Part shown: one piece after another, positions 1-8,646 of the stretch
How the letters are laid out: each line of letters begins with the position of its first letter
Numbering within the stretch: the stretch's first letter is position 1
Virus record (IMG/VR): IMGVR_UViG_2541047865_000002
DNA length: 27,464 nt
Origin: a virus
Lineage: Duplodnaviria; Heunggongvirae; Uroviricota; Caudoviricetes
Reading direction: 5' to 3' (one strand)
Translations under genes and position numbers: made by a program
Notes under the pieces: model-generated
The model's input: only the letters and a program-made list of their open reading frames with translations
Told to the model about the DNA's origin: nothing
Databases searched by the model: none

Positions 1-1284
1 TTACTTCTTCGCCTCTGCAACCACTTTGCTACCCACGCCGCGATTATTGTATTCCCACATGCGGTTGTAGTTAGTGTCATTCAGATTGCGCTGTATTTCG
101 TCGCTATCGTCAACGCTGCCGGTATTACCCGCAAATGGACGATTGGAAATCACCGCATCGCCCCACGGTTTAACCGTGTTAAAACCTTCGTTGATGGCGC
201 TATCACGGATCACCACCTGACCGTTGGTATTGGCATCAACATCCAGCGAGCGGCCCAGTTGTGCCACGCCATCACCGGAAGCATTGAAACGGCTGTTTAC
301 GGCGAGGAAACCGTAATAGATGTTGGACAGCGTAGCCGGTGCAAACACATACGCTTCTTGCTGAGTACGTGAGTTCACCACGCGGAATTCGGTGTTATCG
401 AACACCACTGCGCCGCGACCAGAAACGATATCCACATCCCCTTCAATATAGCTGTTGGTCACCAGCGTACGCGGCTGACGGTTGGTTTCCAGACGGTTCT
501 GCACACCGCTGTTGGTGACAAAGAAGGTGTTCTGACGACCGAGAATGTTAACGTTGTTAATCTGTACCTGGTCACCATCAGTACGCAGTGCCACCGCCGG
601 ATGGTTACCTGCATCTACGCTATCGCCCAGCGTGTTTTCGATGGTCAGATTTTGCAGTTGCAGGCCATTGTTTTGTGACCAGAAGACCGCAGAGCAGAGA
701 ACACCGATACTGTCGCTGCGTTTGCTCTGGCAGCTATCGTACATATACCACGCTGGTTTACCTGGCATATATTTGCCGCGCGGGTTGACGTCGTGACGCC
801 AGTCGGTAGGGCTCATGCCACCATCAAGGGAAAGCCCAATCTTCACATCAATCGGTTTTTCACCTGTACCGTACAGAGTAATTCCACCCGGAGCGGCAGG
901 GACATATACCGTTCCCTGATACTCACCAGGCATCACGGCAATATACTGGCGCTTGTTGGTACGCTTGATAATTGCCGCATCTACCGCCGCCTGAATCGTG
1001 GTATGCGTTACACCTTGAGTGCCCGCCGGGCCGACAACAAATTCAGGTTGCGCAGGCAGGGTAATCGGGGAAGGATTCCACGCTGCAGCACCTGGTGTCA
1101 GGGATGCAAAATAGTGTTGAGCATCGAAATTCTGCGCTTCTTTTGCCGACAGAATCGGGCGAGAAGAGGTACCAGGCGCGGTTTGATCAGAAGGACGTTG
1201 ATCGGGCGGGGTTGAGCTACAGGCGGTCAGCGTCACGCCAAAAGCCAATGCCAGCGCCAGACGGGAAACTGAAAATGTGTTCAC
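1..1284 (-). CDS. ybhC: YbhC, pectinesterase-like outer-membrane lipoprotein (acyl-CoA thioesterase); host gene flanking attB-lambda
   Basis: Complete 427-aa ORF; N-terminal signal peptide with lipobox (LTAC); sequence recalled as E. coli YbhC, which sits on the gal side of att-lambda. Confidence 0.88.
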   Translation of the reverse strand: MNTFSVSRLALALAFGVTLTACSSTPPDQRPSDQTAPGTSSRPILSAKEAQNFDAQHYFASLTPGAAAWNPSPITLPAQPEFVVGPAGTQGVTHTTIQAAVDAAIIKRTNKRQYIAVMPGEYQGTVYVPAAPGGITLYGTGEKPIDVKIGLSLDGGMSPTDWRHDVNPRGKYMPGKPAWYMYDSCQSKRSDSIGVLCSAVFWSQNNGLQLQNLTIENTLGDSVDAGNHPAVALRTDGDQVQINNVNILGRQNTFFVTNSGVQNRLETNRQPRTLVTNSYIEGDVDIVSGRGAVVFDNTEFRVVNSRTQQEAYVFAPATLSNIYYGFLAVNSRFNASGDGVAQLGRSLDVDANTNGQVVIRDSAINEGFNTVKPWGDAVISNRPFAGNTGSVDDSDEIQRNLNDTNYNRMWEYNNRGVGSKVVAEAKK

Positions 1285-1325
1285 AGGTTGCTCCGGGCTA
1301 TGAAATAGAAAAATGAATCCGTTGA

Positions 1326-1420
1326 AGCCTGCTTTTTTATACTAAGTTGGCATTATAAAAAAGCATTGCTTATCAATTTGTTGCAACGAACAGGTCACTA
1401 TCAGTCAAAATAAAATCATT
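1326..1420. other. attL: Lambda-type attL: 15-bp core GCTTTTTTATACTAA (1331..1345) joined to the phage P' arm with Int arm-type sites
   Basis: Exact lambda core sequence; right flank GTTGGCATTATAAAAAAGCATTGCTTATCAATTTGTTGCAACGAACAGGTCACTATCAGTCAAAATAAAATCATTATTTG matches the lambda P' arm (AGGTCACTAT / CAGTCAAAAT arm-type sites); left flank is host DNA. Confidence 0.85.
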
Positions 1421-2489
1421 ATTTGATTTCAATTTTGTCCCACTCCCTGCCTCTGTCATCACGATACTGTGATGCCATGGTGTCCGACTTATGCCCGAGA
1501 AGATGTTGAGCAAACTTATCGCTTATCTGCTTCTCATAGAGTCTTGCAGACAAACTGCGCAACTCGTGAAAGGTAGGCGGATCCCCTTCGAAGGAAAGAC
1601 CTGATGCTTTTCGTGCGCGCATAAAATACCTTGATACTGTGCCGGATGAAAGCGGTTCACGACGAGTAGATGCAATTATGGTTTCTCCGCCAAGAATCTC
1701 TTTGCATTTATCAAGTGTTTCCTTCATTGATATCCCGAGAGCATCAACATGCAATGTTGTTGGGATGGCAATTTTTACGCCTGTTTTGCTTTGCTCGACA
1801 TAAAGATATCCATCTACGATATCAGACCACTTCATTTCGCATAAATCACCAACTCGTTGCCCGGTAACAACAGCCAGTTCCATTGCAAGTCTGAGCCAAC
1901 ATGGTGATGATTCTGCTGCTTGATAAATTTTCAGGTATTCGTCAGCCGTAAGTCTTGATCTCCTTACCTCTGATTTTGCTGCGCGAGTGGCAGCGACAGG
2001 GTTTGTTGTTATATGGCCTTCAGCTATTGCCTCTCGGAATGCATCGCTCAGTGTTGATCTGATTAACTTGGCTGACGCCGCCTTGCCCTCGTCTATGTAT
2101 CCATTGAGCATTGCCGCAATTTCTTTTGTGGTGATGTCTTCAAGTGGAGCATCAGGCAGACCCCTCCTTATTGCTTTAATTTTGCTCATGTAATTTATGA
2201 GTGTCTTCTGCTTGATTCCTCTGCTGGCCAGGATTTTTTCGTAGCGATCAAGCCATGAATGTAACGTAACGGAATTATCACTGTTGATTCTCGCTGTCAG
2301 AGGCTTGTGTTTGTGTCCTGAAAATAACTCAATGTTGGCCTGTATGGCTTCAGTGATTGCGATTCGCCTGTCTCTGCCTAATCCAAACTCTTTACCCGTC
2401 CTTGGGTCCCTGTAGCAGTAATATCCATTGTTTCTTATATAAAGGTTAGGGGGTAAATCCCGGCGCTCATGACTTCGCCTTCTTCCCAT
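1419..2489 (-). CDS. int: Lambda integrase (tyrosine recombinase), 356 aa
   Basis: Protein matches lambda Int as recalled (MGRRRSHERRDLPPNLYIRNNGYYCYRDPRTGKEF...); sits next to attL as in a lambda prophage. Confidence 0.97.
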   Translation of the reverse strand: MGRRRSHERRDLPPNLYIRNNGYYCYRDPRTGKEFGLGRDRRIAITEAIQANIELFSGHKHKPLTARINSDNSVTLHSWLDRYEKILASRGIKQKTLINYMSKIKAIRRGLPDAPLEDITTKEIAAMLNGYIDEGKAASAKLIRSTLSDAFREAIAEGHITTNPVAATRAAKSEVRRSRLTADEYLKIYQAAESSPCWLRLAMELAVVTGQRVGDLCEMKWSDIVDGYLYVEQSKTGVKIAIPTTLHVDALGISMKETLDKCKEILGGETIIASTRREPLSSGTVSRYFMRARKASGLSFEGDPPTFHELRSLSARLYEKQISDKFAQHLLGHKSDTMASQYRDDRGREWDKIEIK

Positions 2490-2685
2490 TTCTGATCCTC
2501 TTCAAAAGGCTACCTGTTACTGGTCGATTTAAGTCAACCTTTACCGCTGATTCGTGGAACAGATACTCTCTTCCATCCTTAACCGGAGGAGGGAATATCC
2601 TGCACTCGCGTACCCATCGACGAACTGTTTCAAGGCTTCTTGGGCGTCGCTGGCGTGCGTTCCACTCCTGAAGTGTCAAGTACAT
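2467..2685 (-). CDS. xis: Lambda excisionase Xis, 72 aa
   Basis: MYLTLQEWNARQRRPRSLETVRRWVRECRIFPPPVKDGREYLFHESAVKVDL... matches lambda Xis; overlaps the int start as in lambda. Confidence 0.95.
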   Translation of the reverse strand: MYLTLQEWNARQRRPRSLETVRRWVRECRIFPPPVKDGREYLFHESAVKVDLNRPVTGSLLKRIRNGKKAKS

Positions 2686-2724
2686 CGCAAAGTCTCCGCA
2701 ATTACACGCAAGAAAAAACCGCCA

Positions 2725-2892
2725 TCAGGCGGCTTGGTGTTCTTTCAGTTCTTCAATTCGAATATTGGTTACGTCTGCATGTGCTATCTGCGCCCACAGC
2801 ATCCAGTGGTCATAGCAGTCGCTGATGTTCTCGGCTTCGATAACTCTGTTGAATGGTTCTCCATTCCATTCACCTGTGACTCGGAAGTGCAT
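2725..2892 (-). CDS. Hypothetical small protein (55 aa, MHFRVTGEWNGEPFNRVIEAENISDCYDHWMLWAQIAHADVTNIRIEELKEHQAA)
   Basis: ORF below the track's length cut-off, found by manual translation; co-oriented with the leftward operon directly downstream of xis; no family recognised. Confidence 0.35.
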   Translation of the reverse strand: MHFRVTGEWNGEPFNRVIEAENISDCYDHWMLWAQIAHADVTNIRIEELKEHQAA

Positions 2893-3134
2893 TTATCATC
2901 TCCATAAAACAAAACCCGCCGTAGCGAGTTCAGATAAAAGAAATCCTCGTCAGTGCGAGGATGCTGTTCATTGCTGCTATACACTTTTTTGCTCTCAACG
3001 TAAGCGGTAGCCCATTCTGTTGGGTTGGTGCAGTTGCTTTTAGGAAATGCTATTTACCCCTTAAATGTCGGCTGAAAGAGCTAAAATCCATGCAAAAAAT
3101 TTACGCAATTTTGTGTATTATTGTGCAGTAAGTA

Positions 3135-3737
3135 ATGAGCTATTTTCTGCGCAAAAAATGGATGGTAAATTTGTCCGGGTCAGGAAAAATTTTATGGGCG
3201 CTAAACATGAAAAAAGATTCGTATCCTTATTTGATTTGCATGACAGTTTCAGGGCTGATCTTTATTTTCCTTTTCTTCTGGTGGCGGGCAGATATCTACA
3301 GGGTCACGTTTCTTAATCAGAGTATATCCCACTATTACATTCTGTTTAGCATGGGAATAGCTTTTCTGTTATCTCTGTTTTGGGTTAAGAAGGGGATAGT
3401 AAAACAAAGAGGCTGGAAGAGTCTGTCAGCATACCTTAAGGTTTATGCAGGGATGTGCATATTTGCTGGATTTTTTCTGATTATACCCCTTACGACACTA
3501 ACTTATTTTTTGCCTGGAGAGACATCGTCTTATGTTGCACCGTATCGGTATACTTCCGGTAGTTCAAAAAGTTGTTCTGGAGCTGAGGTGGATGACCCCG
3601 ATCTACATGAGAATATTCGCATTTGCTATCCGTATGGCAATTATGAGTACGATAATATTATCTATGTTGAAAAGAAAATTAATATATTAGGTGCGGTAGT
3701 GACATATGCACAGACCGCGCGTGATGATACTGAATGA
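3135..3737 (+). CDS. Hypothetical integral membrane protein (about 3 predicted TM helices plus a C-terminal soluble domain of about 75 aa); start may instead be the ATG at 3207
   Basis: 200-codon ORF in visibly AT-rich DNA; hydrophobic stretches LICMTVSGLIFIFLFFWW, ILFSMGIAFLLSLFWV and CIFAGFFLIIPLTTL; transcribed convergently to the phage leftward operon; no family recognised. Confidence 0.55.
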   Translation: MSYFLRKKWMVNLSGSGKILWALNMKKDSYPYLICMTVSGLIFIFLFFWWRADIYRVTFLNQSISHYYILFSMGIAFLLSLFWVKKGIVKQRGWKSLSAYLKVYAGMCIFAGFFLIIPLTTLTYFLPGETSSYVAPYRYTSGSSKSCSGAEVDDPDLHENIRICYPYGNYEYDNIIYVEKKINILGAVVTYAQTARDDTE

Positions 3738-3771
3738 TATAGTATATAGCGGGCAAGTTTTAGTTAATTTA

Positions 3772-3805
3772 TCGAGGTAATATAATTTACCTCGACTCGT
3801 TTGTT
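3772..3805. terminator. Candidate bidirectional intrinsic terminator between convergent genes
   Basis: Perfect 9-bp inverted repeat TCGAGGTAA / TTACCTCGA around a 6-nt loop (3772..3795), followed by a T-rich run CTCGTTTGTTCT. Confidence 0.4.
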
Positions 3806-3947
3806 CTGGTATTAATATTTCGCTTTACGACCGATTTTTATCTGATGATATCATGCGGTTTTCATATACTGACTTACTGTCTTTTCTCCGTTAGCGATTT
3901 TCTCCTGCTCAGCGATGATTTTATCTTTGGCTTCTAGTTAATTTCGC

Positions 3948-4169
3948 TCACTTCGAACCTCTCTGTTTACTGATAAGCTCCAGATCCTCCTGGCAACTTG
4001 CACAAGTCCGACAACCCTGAACGACCAGGCGTCTTCGTTCATCTATCGGATCGCCACACTCACAACAATGAGTGGCAGATATAGCCTGGTGGTTCAGGCG
4101 GCGCATTTTTATTGCTGTGTTGCGCTGTAATTCTTCAATTTCTGATGCTGAATCAATGATGTCTGCCAT
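3948..4169 (-). CDS. TraR/DksA-family C4-type zinc-finger protein, 73 aa
   Basis: C-x2-C...C-x2-C motif (CCECGDPIDERRRLVVQGCRTCASC), typical of phage TraR/DksA-like proteins. Confidence 0.8.
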   Translation of the reverse strand: MADIIDSASEIEELQRNTAIKMRRLNHQAISATHCCECGDPIDERRRLVVQGCRTCASCQEDLELISKQRGSK

Positions 4170-4267
4170 CTTCCATTAATCCCTGAATTGTTGGTTAATA
4201 CGCTTGAGGGTGAATGCGAATAATAAAAAAGGAGCCTGTAGCTCCCTGATGATTTTGCTTTTCATGT

Positions 4268-4579
4268 TCATCGTTCCTTAAAGACGCCGTTTAACATGCC
4301 GATTGCCAGGCTTAAATGAGTCGGTGTGAATCCCATCAGCGTTACCGTTTCGCGGTGCTTCTTCAGTACGCTACGGCAAATGTCATCGACGTTTTTATCC
4401 GGAAACTGCTGTCTGGCTTTTTTGATTTCAGAATTAGCCTGACGGGCAATGCTGCGAAGGGCGTTTTCCTGCTGAGGTGTCATTGAACAAGTCCCATGTC
4501 GGCAAGCATAAGCACACAGAATATGAAGCCCGCTGCCAGAAAAATGCATTCCGTGGTTGTCATACCTGGTCTCTCTCAT
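4268..4579 (-). CDS. Hypothetical phage early protein (103 aa; a 71-aa form from the ATG at 4483 is possible)
   Basis: ORF in the leftward operon; its start overlaps the stop of the upstream ORF (ATGAGAGAGACCAGGTATGA), suggesting translational coupling. Confidence 0.45.
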   Translation of the reverse strand: MRETRYDNHGMHFSGSGLHILCAYACRHGTCSMTPQQENALRSIARQANSEIKKARQQFPDKNVDDICRSVLKKHRETVTLMGFTPTHLSLAIGMLNGVFKER

Positions 4580-4751
4580 CTGCTTCTGCTTTCGCCACCA
4601 TCATTTCCAGCTTTTGTGAAAGGGATGCGGCTAACGTATGAAATTCTTCGTCTGTTTCTACTGGTATTGGCACAAACCTGACTCCAATTTGAGCGAGGCT
4701 ATGTGCCATCTCGATACTCGTTCTTAACTCAACGGGAGATGCTTTGTGCAT
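4560..4751 (-). CDS. Hypothetical phage early protein, 63 aa
   Basis: ORF overlapping both neighbours in the leftward operon; acidic C-terminus; no family recognised. Confidence 0.45.
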   Translation of the reverse strand: MHKASPVELRTSIEMAHSLAQIGVRFVPIPVETDEEFHTLAASLSQKLEMMVAKAEADERDQV

Positions 4752-4912
4752 ACAGCTCCCCGTTTATTATTTATCTCCTCAGCCAGCCGCTGTGCTTTCA
4801 GGGGATTTCGGATAACAGAAAGGCCGGGAAATACCCAGCCTCGCTTCGTAACGGAGTAGACGAAAGTGATCGTGCCTACGCGGATATTATCGTGAGGATG
4901 TTTCATCGCCAT
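4724..4912 (-). CDS. Hypothetical phage early protein, 62 aa
   Basis: ORF immediately downstream of exo; its start overlaps the exo stop region. Confidence 0.4.
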   Translation of the reverse strand: MAMKHPHDNIRVGTITFVYSVTKRGWVFPGLSVIRNPLKAQRLAEEINNKRGAVCTKHLPLS

Positions 4913-5583
4913 TGCTCCCCAAATACAAAACCAATTTCAGCCAGTGCCTCGTCCATTTTTTCGATGAACTCCGGCACCATCTCGTCAAAACTCGCTATAT
5001 ACTTTTCATTCCGCTCAATCACGACATAATGCAGGCCTTCACGCTTCATACGCGGGTCATAGTTGGCAAAGTACCAGGCATCTTTTCGCGTCACCCACAT
5101 GCTGTACTGCACCTGGGCCATGTAAGCCGACTTTATGGCCTCGAAACCACCGAGCCGGAATTTCATGAAATCCCGGGAGGTAAACGGGCATTTCAGCTCA
5201 AGGCCATTGCCGTCACTGCATAAACCATCGGGAGAGCAGGCGGTGCGCATACTTTCGTCGCGATAGATGATCGGGGATTCAATAACATTTACGCCGGAAG
5301 TGAACTCAAACAGGGTTCTGGCGTCGTTCTCGTACTGTTTTCCCCAGGCCAGCGCTTTAGCGTTAACTTCCGGAGCCACACCGGTGCAAACCTCAGCCAG
5401 CAGGGTGTGGAAGTAGGACATTTTCATGTCAGGCCACTTCTTTCCTGATCGGGGCTTTGCTATCACGTTGTGAACTTCTGAAGCGGTGATGACGCCGAGC
5501 CGTAATTTGTGCCATGCATCATCCCCCTGTTCGACAGCTCTCACGTCGATCCCGGTACGCTGCAGGATAATGTCCGGTGTCAT
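4903..5583 (-). CDS. exo: Lambda exonuclease (Red-alpha), 226 aa
   Basis: Near-identical to lambda Exo as recalled ([65 protein letters not shown]...). Confidence 0.97.
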   Translation of the reverse strand: MTPDIILQRTGIDVRAVEQGDDAWHKLRLGVITASEVHNVIAKPRSGKKWPDMKMSYFHTLLAEVCTGVAPEVNAKALAWGKQYENDARTLFEFTSGVNVIESPIIYRDESMRTACSPDGLCSDGNGLELKCPFTSRDFMKFRLGGFEAIKSAYMAQVQYSMWVTRKDAWYFANYDPRMKREGLHYVVIERNEKYIASFDEMVPEFIEKMDEALAEIGFVFGEQWR

Positions 5584-6365
5584 GCTGCCACCTTCTGCTC
5601 AGTGGCTTTCTGTTTCAGGAATCCAAGAGCTTTCACTGCTTCGGCCTGTGTCAGTTCTGACGATGCGCGAATGTCGCGGCGAAATATCTGGGAACAGAGC
5701 GGCAATAAGTCGTCATCCCATGTTTTATCCAGGGCGATCAGCAGAGTGTTAATCTCCTGCATGGTTTCATCGTTAACCGGAGTGATGTCGCGTTCCGGCT
5801 GACGTTCTGCAGTGTATGCAGTATTTTCGACAATGCGCTCGGCTTCATCCTTGTCATAGATACCAGCAAATCCGAAGGCCAGACGGGCACACTGAATCAT
5901 GGCTTTATGCCGTAACATCCGTTTGGGATGCGACTGCCACGGTCCGGTGATTTCTCTGCCTTCGCGGGTTTTGAATGGTTCGCGGCGGCATTCATCCATC
6001 CACTCGGTAACGCAGATCGGATGATTGCGGTCTTTGCGGTAAATCCGGCATGTGCAGGATTCGTTGTCCTGTTCAAAGTCCATGCCGTCAAACTGCTGGT
6101 TTTCGTTGATGATGCGGGACCAGCCATCAACGCCCACCACCGGAACGATGCCGTTCTGCTTATCAGGGAAGGCGTAAATTTCTTTCGTCCACGGATTAAG
6201 ACCGTACTGGTTGGCGACGATCAGCAATGCGATGAACTGCGCATCGCTGGCATCACCTTTAAATGCCGTCTGGCGAAGAGTGGTGATCAGTTCCTGTGGG
6301 TCGACAGAATCCATGCCGACTCGTTCAGCCAGCTTCCCAGCCAGCGTTGCGAGTGCTGTACTCAT
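5580..6365 (-). CDS. bet: Lambda Bet (Red-beta) single-strand annealing protein, 261 aa
   Basis: Near-identical to lambda Bet as recalled ([66 protein letters not shown]...). Confidence 0.97.
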   Translation of the reverse strand: MSTALATLAGKLAERVGMDSVDPQELITTLRQTAFKGDASDAQFIALLIVANQYGLNPWTKEIYAFPDKQNGIVPVVGVDGWSRIINENQQFDGMDFEQDNESCTCRIYRKDRNHPICVTEWMDECRREPFKTREGREITGPWQSHPKRMLRHKAMIQCARLAFGFAGIYDKDEAERIVENTAYTAERQPERDITPVNDETMQEINTLLIALDKTWDDDLLPLCSQIFRRDIRASSELTQAEAVKALGFLKQKATEQKVAA

Positions 6366-6370
6366 CCGTT

Positions 6371-6667
6371 TTATACCTCTGAATCAATATCAACCTGGTG
6401 GTGAGCAATGGTTTCAACCATGTACCGGATGTGTTCTGCCATGCGCTCCTGAAACTCAACATCGTCATCAAACGCACGGGTAATGGCTTTTTTGCTGGCC
6501 CCGTGGCGTTGCAAATGATCGATGCATAGCGATTCAAACAGGTGCTGGGGCAGGCCTTTTTCCATGTCGTCTGCCAGTTCTGCCTCTTTCTCTTCACGGG
6601 CGATCTGCTGGTAGTGACGCACCCAGCTCTGAGCCTCAAGACGATCCTGAATGTAATAAGCGTTCAT
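6371..6667 (-). CDS. gam: Lambda Gam (RecBCD inhibitor), 98-aa short form
   Basis: [60 protein letters not shown]... matches the lambda GamS region. Confidence 0.92.
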   Translation of the reverse strand: MNAYYIQDRLEAQSWVRHYQQIAREEKEAELADDMEKGLPQHLFESLCIDHLQRHGASKKAITRAFDDDVEFQERMAEHIRYMVETIAHHQVDIDSEV

Positions 6668-6742
6668 GGCTGAACTCCTGAAAATGGCTGTGAAAATATC
6701 GCCCGCGAAATGCCAGGCTGATTAGAAAAACAGGAAAGGGGA

Positions 6743-6949
6743 TTAGTGATTCAGGCCGTTGCCGCGTCCGTCGAGAAAAACTTCCACGAGCAAGTCACGG
6801 GTATAAGTGCGCTCGATGCCGCGATGCAGATAAAGCCGTCCGCGTAAATTAGCTGATGCAGTCCAGGTACCATCTTTGTGTTTGACCAGCATTCCTGGCA
6901 TGACCGCACCGCGATTAACGGTCTGCGTTCCGTAATGTTGATGAACCAT
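6743..6949 (-). CDS. Hypothetical small protein (68 aa) in the position occupied by kil in lambda
   Basis: ORF immediately downstream of gam in the leftward operon; sequence does not match lambda Kil or CIII as I recall them; an alternative overlapping frame (6751..6984) looks less protein-like. Confidence 0.4.
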   Translation of the reverse strand: MVHQHYGTQTVNRGAVMPGMLVKHKDGTWTASANLRGRLYLHRGIERTYTRDLLVEVFLDGRGNGLNH

Positions 6950-7227
6950 AAAAACTCCTGCCCGTAAGCTGGGCTGCTGAACAAATGAGGGGTTGCGCAG
7001 TATCTGGCGGTGGATGGCCGCCGGTTGTCATAACTAAGCCGCCTTGTTGAAGCGACTGAGGTATGAGGTGTTGAGTTGATTTCAGCTGGTCACACCGACG
7101 TTCACGCGTCCGTTTCACCCCTCGCACTCCCCGGAGCCTGCTGAAATTCAAGCTGCGGATCTAAGCGGTCATCGCAACGGTGAATCAGGTGGTTGCCGTA
7201 TCGTTGTGTTGTTGCGATGAACTTATT

Positions 7228-7300
7228 TAAAACTATAGTTGTTTTATCGTCAACAACAAAAGTTGTTTTATTGGTTGTTTTAGATATAACTGGTTGTATT
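7228..7300. promoter_or_regulatory. Putative OL/pL operator-promoter region with repeated GTTGTT / AACAAC half-sites
   Basis: GTTGTT(7238..7243)...AACAAC(7252..7257)...GTTGTT(7262..7267), TGGTTGTT(7272..7279), CTGGTTGT(about 7291); same half-site family as at OR; lies between the cI terminator and the leftward early genes. Confidence 0.45.
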
Positions 7301-7390
7301 TAGGATGGATTTATTTTGTGACTTGAATCGCATAGCGATAACTGAAGCGAGGTTATGGTGGTTTTTTTAACGGTGTGTGATGAGGGGAGG

Positions 7391-7420
7391 GCAAAAGAAA
7401 ACCCGGCACGGTGACCGGGA
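7391..7420 (-). terminator. Intrinsic terminator downstream of cI (leftward)
   Basis: On the minus strand: hairpin CCCGG-TCACCGTG-CCGGG followed by TTTTCTTTT; about 120 nt downstream of the cI stop. Confidence 0.5.
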
Positions 7421-7540
7421 TTCTTACGCCGTTAGGTAAAGATATTATTGCGGTGGCTTAATATTACTACCTAGAGCAAAGATAGGAATTAGTTCTTTAC
7501 TGAATGAGCACAATGCCCAGTTGATAATTTTTAATTGGTA

Positions 7541-8230
7541 CTACCCATGCTTCCTATATGTCTGCGGCATGCTCCCAATAACCTTACCGAAGATGAACAC
7601 CCGGTTCATCTCGTCTTTCTCGATCGGGTCCCACGGTGAGTAGCTTTTGTTATCAGAGATGACCAGCAGCTTATCCTTCATCATTTGCAGGCGCTTTACA
7701 TGGGCTGTGTCGTCGTACAGAAACGCATAGATACCATCACCGTCGAAAGATTTAACAGTGATATCAACGAACAGCAGATCACCTGGTTCGATCGTTCCTG
7801 ACATGCTGTCACCACGCACGTTAATGATGCGGATATTTTCCGCCTTCCTACCATCGAACATGTGACGAGCATCGTCAAACGAGTACTCAACCGAGCGTAG
7901 AACTTCTACAAACTCACGGTTGATGACTCCCGGCCCAGCACTGACTTCTATATCAAGAACGTCAATCTTGAAGTATTTGGAATGGCTGACAGTTGATTGT
8001 ATTGGTTGCACTGTACTGTCTGACATATTTCCAATGCCAGAAGATAACCATTCTGCGCGCACACCCAAAGCGTTCGCGATCTCCACGATTTTAGTTGTTT
8101 GGTTAGCTTTCCCTGTTTCGATTTTCTGAATAGCAGCCTGGCTAACCCCAACCAAATCCCCAAGTGCCTTTTGTGTAAGGCCTCGCGCTAATCTGGCTTC
8201 TTTAAGTCTTTCTGAGAGTGTTGTTTTCAT
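7541..8230 (-). CDS. cI: CI-like prophage repressor: N-terminal XRE-type HTH plus C-terminal S24 (LexA-like) autopeptidase domain, 229 aa; likely leaderless start at 8230
   Basis: HTH segment LTQKALGDLVGVSQAAIQKIETGK; S24 motifs NVRGDSMSGTIEPGDLLFVD and AHVKRL (Ser/Lys dyad); the start chosen at MKTTLSERL lies inside the operator region, as with lambda pRM transcripts. Confidence 0.85.
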   Translation of the reverse strand: MKTTLSERLKEARLARGLTQKALGDLVGVSQAAIQKIETGKANQTTKIVEIANALGVRAEWLSSGIGNMSDSTVQPIQSTVSHSKYFKIDVLDIEVSAGPGVINREFVEVLRSVEYSFDDARHMFDGRKAENIRIINVRGDSMSGTIEPGDLLFVDITVKSFDGDGIYAFLYDDTAHVKRLQMMKDKLLVISDNKSYSPWDPIEKDEMNRVFIFGKVIGSMPQTYRKHG

Positions 8231-8243
8231 AGACCAAATGTAC

Positions 8244-8310
8244 AACCAAGGTTTTATTTCATCAAACGAAAATGGTTGTTGACTAAAAACAACCATAGTT
8301 TTAATCTTGG
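8244..8310. promoter_or_regulatory. Putative OR / pRM-pR operator-promoter region
   Basis: 9-bp inverted repeat ATGGTTGTT-GACTAAA-AACAACCAT (8272..8296), plus AACCAAGG (about 8244) and CTTGGTT (about 8306) half-site-like elements between the divergent cI and cro. Confidence 0.5.
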
Positions 8311-8334
8311 TTCAGATTAACCACGGAGGTTGTT

Positions 8335-8565
8335 ATGAACCCAGCAATCAAAACAGCGATCAATATAGTTGGTTCACAAAAGAAATTGGGCGATGCCTGC
8401 GAAGTTTCACAGCAGGCCGTCTATAAGTGGCTTCACAACAAAGCAAAGGTATCCCCTGAACATGTCGGCAGCATTGTTACGGCTACTGGTGGAGTTGTGA
8501 AGGCGTACCAGATTCGCCCGGATCTTCCGAAGTTGTTTCCACACACCGAAAAGAACGCAGCTTAA
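8335..8565 (+). CDS. cro: Cro-like repressor (YdaS/Cro family HTH), 76 aa
   Basis: Divergent from cI across the operator region; strong SD (GGAGG) 7 nt upstream; YdaS-like pattern GSQKKLGDACEVSQQAVYKW...TGGVVKAYQIRPDL. Confidence 0.8.
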   Translation: MNPAIKTAINIVGSQKKLGDACEVSQQAVYKWLHNKAKVSPEHVGSIVTATGGVVKAYQIRPDLPKLFPHTEKNAA

Positions 8566-8577
8566 ATTTCCATTTCA

Positions 8578-8623
8578 CGCTCTTTAACAATAAGCAATCA
8601 ACTTAACAGACTGATTAACAGTC
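8578..8623 (+). promoter_or_regulatory. nutR-like element: boxA (CGCTCTTTAACA) followed by a boxB-like hairpin GACTG-ATTAA-CAGTC
   Basis: boxA 8578..8589 matches the lambdoid boxA consensus CGCTCTT(T)A; a 5-bp stem with 5-nt loop lies 19 nt downstream (8609..8623), between cro and the cII-position gene. Confidence 0.35.
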
Positions 8624-8646
8624 AATTCAAACTAAAGGAATCAATT

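Noticed and set aside
545-1316. Plus-strand ORFs inside ybhC (545..796, 588..788, 793..1215, 1095..1316)
   Set aside because: Antisense to a conserved host gene; Arg-rich junk-like translations
2784-3010. ORFs 2784..2984 (minus) and 2825..3010 (plus)
   Set aside because: They overlap the better-supported 55-aa ORF and an intergenic promoter region; no SD; odd composition
3065-3316. 83-aa plus-strand ORF overlapping the start of the membrane-protein gene
   Set aside because: Different frame and shorter; the 200-codon membrane-protein frame is far less likely to be open by chance in AT-rich DNA
6751-7151. Alternative minus-strand ORFs 6751..6984 (77 aa) and 6915..7151 (78 aa) in the kil/cIII/N position
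   Set aside because: Mutually overlapping in different frames with the 6743..6949 ORF; sequences are not convincingly protein-like. The 78-aa Arg-rich frame is kept only as a speculative N-like candidate in the findings, not as a feature
7541-8296. Long form of the cI ORF starting at 8296 (251 aa)
   Set aside because: The extra 22 N-terminal residues (MVVFSQQPFSFDEIKPWLYIWS) would be encoded inside the operator palindrome; the start at 8230 gives a typical HTH N-terminus and a lambda-like leaderless arrangement
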